Positions 50,232 through 59,461 of a DNA stretch of 64,000 nt are shown one piece after another. The notes under the pieces were generated by a model. The model searched no databases and was not told the origin of the DNA. It saw nothing but the letters and a program-made list of their open reading frames with translations. This stretch comes from an uncultured Bacteroidota bacterium (lineage in GTDB: Bacteria; Bacteroidota; Ignavibacteria; UBA10030; UBA6906). Made by a program: the position numbers and the translations under genes. The stretch is taken from assembly GCA_963700635.1 (NCBI GenBank), contig CAVOYH010000003.1, forward strand, positions 1,440,001 through 1,504,000. The letters are read 5' to 3'. Position 1 is the first letter of the stretch. Every line of letters begins with the position of its first letter.

Positions 50232-50546
50232 GGGGGGCGAGGAGAAGTTGAGTGATTGCTGGTTCACCGAAGAAACGATAACCGGAGGAGATAATCAAGC
50301 CGCCAGTACGAACAACTGAAAGTCTGCCTTGCTGGTGCGAGCATCTGGCTGCAGAGTTTTTGAAGAATTGTTTTTAACGATTTCAACCTCCGTTTCACGA
50401 CATCGCGACGCAGCGCGGTTCTGGTTCTGTTCAATGCTCTGTCAATGAGTCACCACGAAAAAGAAATTATTGAAAAAGTGTAGAAAGATTCTCTACATTC
50501 TTCAACAATTTGGCAAAACAAAGGCTGCATTTTTCTGGGAAACCGA

Positions 50547-50562
50547 GTGCCCGGAACAGGAC
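50547..50562 (-). repeat. tRNA-Leu 3'-end copy (att-like)
   Basis: gtgcccggaacaggac, 16/16 to 57770-57785. Confidence 0.85.
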
Positions 50563-50698
50563 ATGTCAACATTGCGAAGTCAATTGACGGTGAGATCGGC
50601 TCCTCGTGGATCTTCAAGGAGATTCCGTTGGATCACCAGAAACACCACCGAAAGTAGGCGCTTGCTTCAGTGGGCCCCAAAACGTATATTTAGTCCAG

Positions 50699-51046
50699 AT
50701 GATTTGCTCGGTCAAGAAATACACGGTACGGCCAGCAGGGCTCCTGCTCGTTGCTCTCTTTGCCATATCCCTGGTCTGGTGCCCGGACGTCGCCTGTTGG
50801 ACAGGTGGCGGCGATGACCAGTGCACCTCCTTGGTCTGCGCATTTCTCGCCAAGGAGGCCGATACAAGCCAGGGCCAGAGCAACAATCTCTCAACCGATT
50901 GCGTTTGCATCTGCCACATGCCGGCGGTTTCTGGCTCGGCTCTGGACGCCGGATGTTCTCCGACTGCCCAGGACGTCCGATTCGATCCCCCAATTCCCAT
51001 CCCTGCCTCACCAGTCCGGTTAATCGACCAGCCTCCGAAAGCGTAA
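50699..51046 (+). CDS. Small exported Cys/His-rich protein upstream of czcC (DUF2946/CzcI-like architecture)
   Basis: Signal/TM segment, CVCICH motif, Pro-rich tail ending DQPPKA; start uncertain. Confidence 0.65.
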   Translation: MICSVKKYTVRPAGLLLVALFAISLVWCPDVACWTGGGDDQCTSLVCAFLAKEADTSQGQSNNLSTDCVCICHMPAVSGSALDAGCSPTAQDVRFDPPIPIPASPVRLIDQPPKA

Positions 51047-51120
51047 CTCCTCCGTTTTCCCTCCCGATTTCTCGGGACCCCTAGTTCATAGATTCTGAAA
51101 TCGGCACAGCGAGGCCCGCC

Positions 51121-52374
51121 GTGGTGAGACTATTATCACTCGGGGGAATGCTCTTTCTGGTCTGCCATGCATTCACACTTTCTCAGACCAACGAAAGACT
51201 CTCCCTCAAAGAAGCTATTACAGTAGCATTACATGCTAATCCGGAGGTCATAGGTGCCCGACGCGGCATTGACGCCGCTCAGGGACGCTTCTGGCGAGGG
51301 ATATCACCGCCTCCCCCATCACTTTCCTGGAACTACGATTACATTCCGACCGGGAGCAGTATTAGTGGTTACAGCGAGCGCAAAATCGAGATCACACAGT
51401 CAATCGATTTCCCCACAACCATTGTCCTCCGCGGTTCTTCTCTCTCATCCGAGACGGATGCCGCTGACGCCGACTACCGTTACACTTCACTGGCCGTAAC
51501 GCTGCAGGTGAAGGAAGCCTACTTCGGGCTTCTCGCAAGGGAAAAGAGGCTCGGCCTTGCGGAGGAGAACCTCACGATAGCCGATGACTTTGCACGCAAG
51601 GCTGAGATTCGGCACAACGTCGGTGAGGGTACAAACCTGGAATGGCTGACCGCAAAAGTGCAGCGGACGCAGGCACGGAATGCCGTTGAGACCGCCCGGA
51701 ACGAATTGCGGGTAGCGACAGGTGTGCTCAACCTCGCTCTCGGCCGTGGGAAGAACGACACGAGCGGAGCTTTCATTCTGACGGACAGCCTTGCGTATCG
51801 ACCTGCCTCATTCGCCCTGGAGTCAATTGTGGAGGAGGCGTACAGGTCGAATCCCCGGGTCCAGTCTGCGTCGTTCAGAGTCAGCGCCGCCTCGGTGAAT
51901 CGCACAATCGCCTGGTCGAGCATCCTGCCGAGTCTGTCCGTATCGTACTCTCATCAGGCGCTGGCGGGAAATTCTAATCTCTACGGGATGGCGTTGGGCA
52001 TCTCTCTGCCCATCTGGTTTCTGTTCGACCAGCGGGGACAAGTTGAGGAAGCGGCGGCGACATACGCCAGGGCAGAATCCGACCTCCTTGCCAGGCAGAA
52101 CTTCGTCATTCAGGATGTAAAGAACTCATACTTGGAGTTCACCAACGATGAACGCCAGGTGCAGCTCTACTTGAGTGATTTGTTGCCGCAGGTTCAGGAG
52201 GTCTATCGGTCAGCAGCAACGAGTTACGAGGCGGGGGAAATATCCTATCTCGAGTTTCTCCAGGCAAGACAAACCTTGATCTCCGTCCGTTCGGGCTACA
52301 TCGACGCCTTATTCCACTACAATGCTGCTCTGGCTCGATTGGAGAAGTCGGTCGGGCGGTCGCTAGTCGACTGA
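51121..52374 (+). CDS. czcC: TolC/CzcC outer-membrane efflux protein
   Basis: LSL.EAI..AL..NP, GISLPIW and Y.AGEISYLE.L.A motifs. Confidence 0.9.
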   Translation: MVRLLSLGGMLFLVCHAFTLSQTNERLSLKEAITVALHANPEVIGARRGIDAAQGRFWRGISPPPPSLSWNYDYIPTGSSISGYSERKIEITQSIDFPTTIVLRGSSLSSETDAADADYRYTSLAVTLQVKEAYFGLLAREKRLGLAEENLTIADDFARKAEIRHNVGEGTNLEWLTAKVQRTQARNAVETARNELRVATGVLNLALGRGKNDTSGAFILTDSLAYRPASFALESIVEEAYRSNPRVQSASFRVSAASVNRTIAWSSILPSLSVSYSHQALAGNSNLYGMALGISLPIWFLFDQRGQVEEAAATYARAESDLLARQNFVIQDVKNSYLEFTNDERQVQLYLSDLLPQVQEVYRSAATSYEAGEISYLEFLQARQTLISVRSGYIDALFHYNAALARLEKSVGRSLVD

Positions 52375-52405
52375 TATTCACATTCATTACGAGAAATCAA
52401 CGATC

Positions 52406-53602
52406 ATGAATAGACTGACAGCTTCTTGTTTCGCGCTTTCCTGGGCGATAGCGCTCGCGCTGACCGGATGTGCCGGCGATCAGGAGCAGAAAGAGCCCGC
52501 AGAGTCAGAGCCTCAAAGCGGGAAGGCACACATTCTAAGACTGACGGCCGATATGGCAGCGGAGATCGGTGTGACAACCTCCGTGGCTGAAGTTCAACCG
52601 ATCGTTGGCCAGATGACCATTCCGGCAAGACTACTCCCGAATCAGGATTTCGAAGCGCAGGTTGGCTCGCTCGTTTCAGGCAGAGTGCGGGAGGTCTTTG
52701 TCCAGGTAGGGGACTTCGTAAAAGCAGAGCAGGAGCTCATGCACATCGAAGGCCTCGAAGTCGGAGAAATAAAGTCCAAGTTCATCAAGGCAAAAGCACA
52801 GTTGAAGTTTGCTGAGGCGAACTACGAACGGCAGAAAACCCTCGTAGAGCAGAAAGTCGGTTCGCAGAAGGCTTTCCTCGAGGCCCAGTCGGAGTACGAC
52901 AAGGCTCAGGCGGAATTTAATGCGGAGGACAAGAGGATTCACTCCATCGGGCTTGCCGACGAGGACCTGCTGACATTCGTCGAGCACGCATCACTCCAGA
53001 AGAACGATCACAGCGGTGGCGTGCTCCCCATCAAAGCCCCGATCGCAGGAACCGTAGTTGAACGAAACGTCGTCATCGGTCAGTTCGTCGATGCTTCGAC
53101 GACCGCATTCAGAATCGTGAATACTTCCTCGCTTTGGGCCGATGGGCAGGTGTACGAAAGGGATGTTCCTGCGCTTTCGGGAAAGCCGGACGTCACACTT
53201 ACCGTCACCGCATTTCCGGGCGAAGAGGTCCCCGGGAAGGTCATCTACGTATCGCCCGTTGTGGATGAACGTACCCGCACAATCACGATCCGGGCATCGA
53301 TCCCCAACCGCGATGGAAGGCTGAAGCCCCAGATGTTCGGCGAGCTTCACGTCCCGATCGGCGGAAGTGCAAAAGGACTCTTCATCCCGGCCGAATCCAT
53401 CCAGAAAGAGAACGAGGAAACGTACCTCTTTGTTGCCACAAGCGACACCACCTTTGAACGACGAGAGGTCACGCTCGGAGTGATGTTTGACTCGCTGGTT
53501 GAAGTGAAGAAGGGACTCACGCCCGGAGAGAAGGTCGTGACGAAGGGATCTTTCCAGCTAAAGTCCGAGTTGATGAAGGAAACACTTGAGGGAGGAGAAT
53601 AG
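52406..53602 (+). CDS. czcB: RND periplasmic adaptor (CzcB-like)
   Basis: Lipobox LTGC; IKAPIAGTV, TRT..IRA.IPN.DGRLKP.MF and GL.PGEKVV motifs. Confidence 0.9.
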   Translation: MNRLTASCFALSWAIALALTGCAGDQEQKEPAESEPQSGKAHILRLTADMAAEIGVTTSVAEVQPIVGQMTIPARLLPNQDFEAQVGSLVSGRVREVFVQVGDFVKAEQELMHIEGLEVGEIKSKFIKAKAQLKFAEANYERQKTLVEQKVGSQKAFLEAQSEYDKAQAEFNAEDKRIHSIGLADEDLLTFVEHASLQKNDHSGGVLPIKAPIAGTVVERNVVIGQFVDASTTAFRIVNTSSLWADGQVYERDVPALSGKPDVTLTVTAFPGEEVPGKVIYVSPVVDERTRTITIRASIPNRDGRLKPQMFGELHVPIGGSAKGLFIPAESIQKENEETYLFVATSDTTFERREVTLGVMFDSLVEVKKGLTPGEKVVTKGSFQLKSELMKETLEGGE

Positions 53603-53604
53603 CC

Positions 53605-56600
53605 ATGCTGGAACGGCTCATTGCACTCACGCTCAAGCAGAGGACCTTTGTGTTATTGGCTGTCGCCATCATGACGGTGCTCGGGATCCATTCGTATCTG
53701 ACGATCCCGATTGACGCTTTTCCCGATGTCTCCAATATTCAAGTGGAGATCCTGAGCACCGCGCCTGGTCTCTCCGCCCTGGAAATCGAGCGATTCGTTA
53801 CGTTCCCCATTGAAATGTCAATGCGGGGTCTCCCGGATGTCGTACAGATGCGGTCGATAACGAAGTTCGGTCTCTCCGTCGTCACGATAGTCTTTGAGGA
53901 CGACGTCGACATCTACTTCGCCCGTCAACTCGTCTTCGAGAGACTGGAGGAAGCGAGGTCGAATGTGCCACGTGGCGTGGAAGTCGCCATGGGGCCTATT
54001 GCCACCGCCATGGGTGAGATCTACCAGTATACGCTTGAAATCCCGATGCCTGACGATTCCGCGGGGCGGGCACGCCAGCTGACGGACCTTCGAACGCTGC
54101 AAGAGTGGGTGGTGACACCCCTACTGAAGAGCGTCCCTGGCGTGAATGAGATCAACTCGTTCGGGGGATACTTCAAGCAGTATCAGGTTGTCGTGAAGCC
54201 GGGGAGACTGCTCGCCTATGATCTCACGCTCGATGCGGTCTATAGGGCAATCGAAGAGAACAATCAGAACGTCGGCGGGAACGTGGTTGATCGCTACGCC
54301 GAACAGTACATCGTGCGCGGAGTGGGGCTCGTGAAGTCTGAAGATGATCTCCGGAACATTGTCCTGCGTTCTGCCAACGGGACTCCGGTCTTTGTCCGTG
54401 ACGTCGCCGAGGTAAATGTGGGACAGGCCGTTCGTCAGGGCGCTGCACTCATCGATGGCAATCGTGAAGTCGTCGGCGGCATCGTGATGATGTTGCGGGG
54501 GGAGAACAGCCGCGTTGTCGTCGAGCGGGTGAAAGAGAAGGTTGACGAGATAAACGAGAATAACATACTTCCGGAAGGTATAAAGATCGTCCCGTATTAC
54601 GACCGGTCCGATATTGTTAGGAGCAGCATCGGGACGGTGACCAGGGCTTTGATCGAAGGATCGGTGTTGGTGGTCATCATTCTGTATCTGATGCTCCGGA
54701 GTTTCCGTGGCGCCCTGGTGGTCATTATCGCCTTGCCGTTGTCGCTCCTGCTTACCTTCATCGTCATGAAGGGCACAGGGTTGAACGCTAACCTCATGTC
54801 GTTAGGTGGGCTGGCGATCTCGATCGGAATGATCATTGATGCGACGATCATTCAGGTGGAAAACGTCCAGCGGCATCTCAGTGGCTCTGGAGGTTCCGAC
54901 CATAAACTCGCCACCGTATTGAAGGCCGTGCTTGAGGTTCGCAAGCCCAGCATCTTCGGCGAGATCATCATAGCGACGACGTTCATTCCAATTCTCGCTC
55001 TCGAAGGATTAGAGGGCAAGATGTTTGCCCCGCTGGCTCTTACGGTGGCCACTGCGTTGCTCTCTTCCCTTCTGCTCTCGATCTTCGTCATACCGGTGTT
55101 CTGTGCCCTGGTACTGAAGCCGGGTGCCGAGAAGGAGAGTGTGGTGATGCGCTGGGCAAAGAGGATATACGCTCCCCTTCTCGATTGGGCAATGCAGAAG
55201 AAGAGACTCGTACTTTCGTTGGCAACGGTGCTGCTCACCGCCGCACTCGCGGTATTCCCGTTTCTCGGCACGGAGTTCATGCCGGTTATGGATGAAGGCG
55301 CTTTCGATATGGACGTGCAGCTTCTTCCGGGCATCTCGCTGGCCAAGTCGCTGGAAATCACCAACCTTGTGGAGAAGAAGCTGAAGAATTTTCCTGAACT
55401 CGTCACGGTCGTCTCCCGGACGGGGCAAACCGGTGTCGCCCTCGAAGCAAGGGGGATCGACAAGACCGGATTCACTGGCATATTTCAGCCCAGGTCAGAG
55501 TGGAAGACGACTCGGGATCGGGACGAAATGATCGACAGGATGCGCAGCGAGATCTCGCGCATTCCCGGGCTGGCTTTCAGTTTCAGCCAACCGATCCAGT
55601 GTCGCATCGATGAGCTCGTGGCCGGCACCCGTGCACAGCTAATCATCAAGCTGTTTGGCGACAATATGGAAGTGCTGAAGACCAAAGCAGATGAGATTGG
55701 ACGGGTCGTTGGTCAAATTGGGGGGACGGCAGATCTCGTGGTTGAACGCATCGCAGGCCAGCCGTACCTTACGATCGATATCGACAGAAACAAGATTGCG
55801 CGACATGGACTGAACGTGAGCGATGTCCAGAGGGTAATCGAAATCGCTGTTGGTGGCAAAGCCGCGACACAGCTCTACGAAGAAAACAGGTCGTTTGACG
55901 TGACGCTGCGGTACCCCGTTGAGTATCGGAATTCCGTCGAATCGATCAGTAACACACTTGTCGCTACAAGCCATGGGTATAATGTTCCCCTGAACCAAGT
56001 CGCCGAGATCGCCGTCGTCGAAGGCCCGGTACAGGTGAGCCGGGAAGATGGGTTGCGCCGCATTGGTATCGAGATCAACATTCAGGATCGGGACATTGGC
56101 AGCTATGTCGCAGAGGCGAAGGAGTTGATTCGAAAGAACGTCTCATTCCCTCCGGGCTACTACACAACATGGGGTGGACAGTTCGAAAACCAGCAGCGTG
56201 CAATGAACAAATTGATGATCATTGGTCCGGTTGCAATAGGACTGGTTCTTCTCCTCCTTTTCGTGACGTTCAGATCATTACGGCTGGCCCTTCTTGTGCT
56301 AACAAATCTTCCGTTTGCTCTTATTGGGGGGGTGTTTGCGTTGTTCATATCGGGACTCTACTTGTCGGTTCCAGCCTCCGTTGGGTTCATCGTCTTGTTC
56401 GGCGTCGCTGTGTTGAACGGTGTGGTCCTTGTCTCGCATATCTCCCAACTTCGGCAGGAAGGTATCCCGGTGAAGGATGCGGTGATTCGGGGAAGTCATG
56501 ACCGTTTGCGGCCGGTGCTGATGACAGCTTCAATAGCCATTTTCAGCTTGATCCCGATGTTGTACGCTACTGGACCTGGCTCCGAAGTTCAACGGCCCCT

Positions 56601-56709
56601 GGCAACAGTCGTAGTAGGGGGACTCATCACCTCGACATTCCTTACCCTGGTCGTTCTCCCCGCGCTCTATCAGTGGTTTGAACGAAGGGAACTTGAAGCA
56701 GAACTGTGA
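53605..56709 (+). CDS. czcA: Heavy-metal efflux RND permease (CzcA/CusA family)
   Basis: IDAFPD, NLMSLGGLAI.IG...D...VEN, GVAVLNG and RLRPVLMTA motifs. Confidence 0.95.
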   Translation: MLERLIALTLKQRTFVLLAVAIMTVLGIHSYLTIPIDAFPDVSNIQVEILSTAPGLSALEIERFVTFPIEMSMRGLPDVVQMRSITKFGLSVVTIVFEDDVDIYFARQLVFERLEEARSNVPRGVEVAMGPIATAMGEIYQYTLEIPMPDDSAGRARQLTDLRTLQEWVVTPLLKSVPGVNEINSFGGYFKQYQVVVKPGRLLAYDLTLDAVYRAIEENNQNVGGNVVDRYAEQYIVRGVGLVKSEDDLRNIVLRSANGTPVFVRDVAEVNVGQAVRQGAALIDGNREVVGGIVMMLRGENSRVVVERVKEKVDEINENNILPEGIKIVPYYDRSDIVRSSIGTVTRALIEGSVLVVIILYLMLRSFRGALVVIIALPLSLLLTFIVMKGTGLNANLMSLGGLAISIGMIIDATIIQVENVQRHLSGSGGSDHKLATVLKAVLEVRKPSIFGEIIIATTFIPILALEGLEGKMFAPLALTVATALLSSLLLSIFVIPVFCALVLKPGAEKESVVMRWAKRIYAPLLDWAMQKKRLVLSLATVLLTAALAVFPFLGTEFMPVMDEGAFDMDVQLLPGISLAKSLEITNLVEKKLKNFPELVTVVSRTGQTGVALEARGIDKTGFTGIFQPRSEWKTTRDRDEMIDRMRSEISRIPGLAFSFSQPIQCRIDELVAGTRAQLIIKLFGDNMEVLKTKADEIGRVVGQIGGTADLVVERIAGQPYLTIDIDRNKIARHGLNVSDVQRVIEIAVGGKAATQLYEENRSFDVTLRYPVEYRNSVESISNTLVATSHGYNVPLNQVAEIAVVEGPVQVSREDGLRRIGIEINIQDRDIGSYVAEAKELIRKNVSFPPGYYTTWGGQFENQQRAMNKLMIIGPVAIGLVLLLLFVTFRSLRLALLVLTNLPFALIGGVFALFISGLYLSVPASVGFIVLFGVAVLNGVVLVSHISQLRQEGIPVKDAVIRGSHDRLRPVLMTASIAIFSLIPMLYATGPGSEVQRPLATVVVGGLITSTFLTLVVLPALYQWFERRELEAEL

Positions 56710-56727
56710 CAATCCGGAGACACGACG

Positions 56728-57072
56728 ATGAAAGAGATCAAGGCGATCATTCAACCCTTCAAACGATCTGCTGTGATCGATGCATTGAAGCAGATCGGGG
56801 GGCTTCCGGGAATGACCGTGGATGAGCACGTTCACGGTTTTGGGAAATCAAGCGGTGAAAGCTGGGAACAGAGGAGCAACGTTGACCTTATCGACTATGT
56901 CGCAATGGTAAAACTGGAAATCGTCGTGCCTGACACCATGGTCGAGAGCGTCATCAGTGCGATCCAGGAGAGCGCACACACGGGCAACCCTGGCGATGGT
57001 AAGATCCTTGTTTATGACGTACAGGAAGTCGTGAAGATCCGATCGAACGAACGGGGCGAATGGGCAATATAG
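56728..57072 (+). CDS. P-II family protein (efflux-associated)
   Basis: MKEIKAII.PFK, GFG, KLEIVV and TGNPGDGKI motifs. Confidence 0.9.
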   Translation: MKEIKAIIQPFKRSAVIDALKQIGGLPGMTVDEHVHGFGKSSGESWEQRSNVDLIDYVAMVKLEIVVPDTMVESVISAIQESAHTGNPGDGKILVYDVQEVVKIRSNERGEWAI

Positions 57073-57080
57073 GAAATCGA

Positions 57081-57561
57081 GTGAATCAGGATAAGGATCA
57101 GTCGCACGGGTCACGCAGCTATTCCAGGGCTTTTGGTCTCGGAATAGGGCTTAACCTCGCCTACGTCATCGCTGAAGCCGGCTTCGGCATTGCTGTAAAC
57201 TCTGCCGCGTTGCTTGCTGATGCGGGCCACAATTTTGGTGATGTGCTGGGGCTTGCTGAGGGATTCGTTCCATCTCTCAATGGATGCTGTACCAAAGGCT
57301 GTGGTCCTTGACGAAGTGCGGGAATACCTGGGAGGGCTTGAAGGAGTTGCAGAGGTCCACGACATTCATGTCTGGGCAATAGGTACAACGCAGATAGCAC
57401 TCACTGCCCATCTGGTTGTCCCGATGGGATCGCCTGGCCGCGATGAGAGGCTTCTTGCCAGCAGCGCGATGGGCTTACGGAGCAAGTTCGGAATTGCTCA
57501 TTCCACAATCCAAATTGAGACCTCCGGTCAGGGAGGCGCATGTAAGGATGCGAACGTGTGA
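57081..57561 (+). pseudogene. czcD: CDF transporter CzcD with an internal deletion and frameshift
   Basis: N-part ALLADAGHNFGDVLGL fused out of frame to C-part WGLLRDS...VHDIHVW...HSTIQIE. Confidence 0.88.
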
Positions 57562-57720
57562 GCTGATTGTTGACACGTTCGTGAGCGGCATTCAACTTAC
57601 CGAGCCTCCTCGTGGCACTTCTCGGAATCGATGAGCAGAAGGTGTGGCAACCACAGGCACGGTGCTATTTGAGACCAGTGCCACTTAAGGACCAGCTGGG
57701 GAATTCGTTGACAGGATAGA

Positions 57721-57760
57721 AAACGCGAAAGGGATTCCGAAATCACCGATATCCCTTCGC
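57721..57760 (-). terminator. Terminator hairpin downstream of tRNA-Leu
   Basis: gcgaaagggat/atcccttcgc stem with an adjacent A-run (U tract on the minus strand). Confidence 0.6.
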
Positions 57761-57770
57761 ACAGCTGCTG

Positions 57771-57854
57771 TGCCCGGAACAGGACTTGAACCTGCACGAC
57801 CTTGCGGCCACTAGCTCCTGAAGCTAGCGCGTCTGCCAATTTCGCCATCCGGGC
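57771..57854 (-). tRNA. tRNA-Leu (anticodon CAG)
   Basis: GCCCGGA/TCCGGGC acceptor stem, CTAGC-TTCAGGA-GCTAG anticodon arm, long variable arm, GGTTCAAGTCC T-arm; CCA not encoded. Confidence 0.97.
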
Positions 57855-57937
57855 AATTCAACCACGCAACTCAAAGAACACGATCAGTTTCGACTTGATT
57901 CAGGATCTTCTTCAAGAACTCCCCGCCATCTCGAAAA

Positions 57938-57997
57938 CCTGAAGCTAGCGCGCCTGCCTGCCGGCAGGCAGGTCTGCCAATTTCGCCATCCGGGCAA
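57938..57997 (-). repeat. Duplicated tRNA-Leu 5' half interrupted by a 20-bp palindrome
   Basis: Identical to 57817-57856 apart from inserted cctgcctgccggcaggcagg (57953-57972). Confidence 0.92.
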
Positions 57998-58158
57998 GCA
58001 GTAACTCCTACAACCCTCCAATATACCAGAAACCGCTGAACATTTCAAGGAAGAAATCTACCACCATTTCGGTTTTCTCCTTGCGAATATGCAAGGGCGA
58101 TGCGACATTAGAAGCAGAGATCTTCGATCGCCCCACGCACGACAAGAGGGAATCCCCG

Positions 58159-58848
58159 GTGACACACCCCGCCCTCAAGAGCCAAGCCCTTTCGTACGAT
58201 GCCCCAAAGCTGCGGCGATGGATCGTCGCCATCCTCCTCCTGCAGTCCCTTCTTCCCGGCTGCAAAGACGACAGCACAGCGGAGTCTGATGACCCCATGC
58301 CAGAAGGAGATATCGTCCTCGACGTGTTGTTCGCCGATGTGCAGGAGTTCAAGTATATTTTCCCCGGCTTCGCCTGCAGCGATACCTCCGGAGCTCCCTG
58401 GGGGTTCGCCCACCTGGGAACCGACGTCATCGCCGCTCAAAGCGGGGCGCGCGTGCTCGCTCCGGCAGATGGAACGGTCGAAGAAGTCAATGTCTACATG
58501 AACCCCAGAAATAACCAGTGGCAGGTAAACGTCCGCGTCCGTTACAACAGCACGTTTGTCTACCATGTCCTGTTCGAACCACGTGCACCATCGGAATCGG
58601 AGAATGCACTGCAACGATCAGCTATCCCGATCTCCCCTGGACAGAAGGTCCACAAGGGAGACCTTCTCGGACGCCAGCTGGACCTCTCGCACGGCGACCT
58701 GAGCGCCGGCGAAGCCGGGATTCACTTCGACGTCTGGAAGGGTAACGACAATATCTGCCCGCAACCCTACTTCACGGCAAATGCACTCGCTCAAATGATG
58801 AATCTGCTCCATGCAAAATTCCCAAACGCAAGCCTCTGCTACCCATAA
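58159..58848 (+). CDS. M23-like (LytM fold) lipoprotein
   Basis: LPGC lipobox; H.GTD, APADGTV, G.KV.KGD.LG and IHF motifs; start uncertain. Confidence 0.65.
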   Translation: MTHPALKSQALSYDAPKLRRWIVAILLLQSLLPGCKDDSTAESDDPMPEGDIVLDVLFADVQEFKYIFPGFACSDTSGAPWGFAHLGTDVIAAQSGARVLAPADGTVEEVNVYMNPRNNQWQVNVRVRYNSTFVYHVLFEPRAPSESENALQRSAIPISPGQKVHKGDLLGRQLDLSHGDLSAGEAGIHFDVWKGNDNICPQPYFTANALAQMMNLLHAKFPNASLCYP

Positions 58849-58924
58849 CAATACTCCGCTGATGCACCATGCCGACACCCGCCTCTGCGGCAGGGCCAGC
58901 GGCCAAACTCCTCAAGGAGGAACC

Positions 58925-59413
58925 ATGTTCACACGCACACGACCTCTTCACCTCACCATCATGCTTCCCCTCCTCTGCCTGAGTATTGTGCTACCCCGGT
59001 CCGCTACGGCAAAAGACCCGATCAAAGGGTTTATCGATAGCTTCGGCTACGGCTATGACGTGAAGGTCTCCATCAACGGGACGCCCATGGCAGTCATCAA
59101 GGGGAAAGGGCAACAGGCAACACGGCTCTTTTCCGCCGATCACCCGATGAAAAAGGATGCGGCGCCGGAGCAGCAGAGTATCTTCATCCTGAAAGAAGGA
59201 GAGAATACCATTACGGTAGAGTTCCGGAAGCTGGAAGAATCAGGGACCGCTCTCGAAATAAGGCTGGAGATCCCCGATCGCTGTTCCAAACCGCTGTTTC
59301 ACTTGAAAAGCGCGACGGCGAAGAGCGGTACGCTTGAGAGGAAATTCCTCATCGAAAAGAAGATGCCGAAGAAGTTCAAGACGATCGAGGTAAACGACGA
59401 TATGCTGAAGTAA
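58925..59413 (+). CDS. Secreted hypothetical protein
   Basis: RBS AGGAGG; signal peptide; LKEGENTITV beta-sandwich motif. Confidence 0.7.
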   Translation: MFTRTRPLHLTIMLPLLCLSIVLPRSATAKDPIKGFIDSFGYGYDVKVSINGTPMAVIKGKGQQATRLFSADHPMKKDAAPEQQSIFILKEGENTITVEFRKLEESGTALEIRLEIPDRCSKPLFHLKSATAKSGTLERKFLIEKKMPKKFKTIEVNDDMLK

Positions 59414-59461
59414 CGGGCCGGACCATCGGGACGGTTCCGGCCGGGGGCAGAATCTGGAATG

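Noticed and set aside
40900-57785. CRISPR or integron attC interpretation of the recurring repeat
   Set aside because: Spacing is 1-7 kb, the repeat equals the tRNA end, and there are no cas or intI genes and no paired RYYYAAC/GTTRRRY structure.
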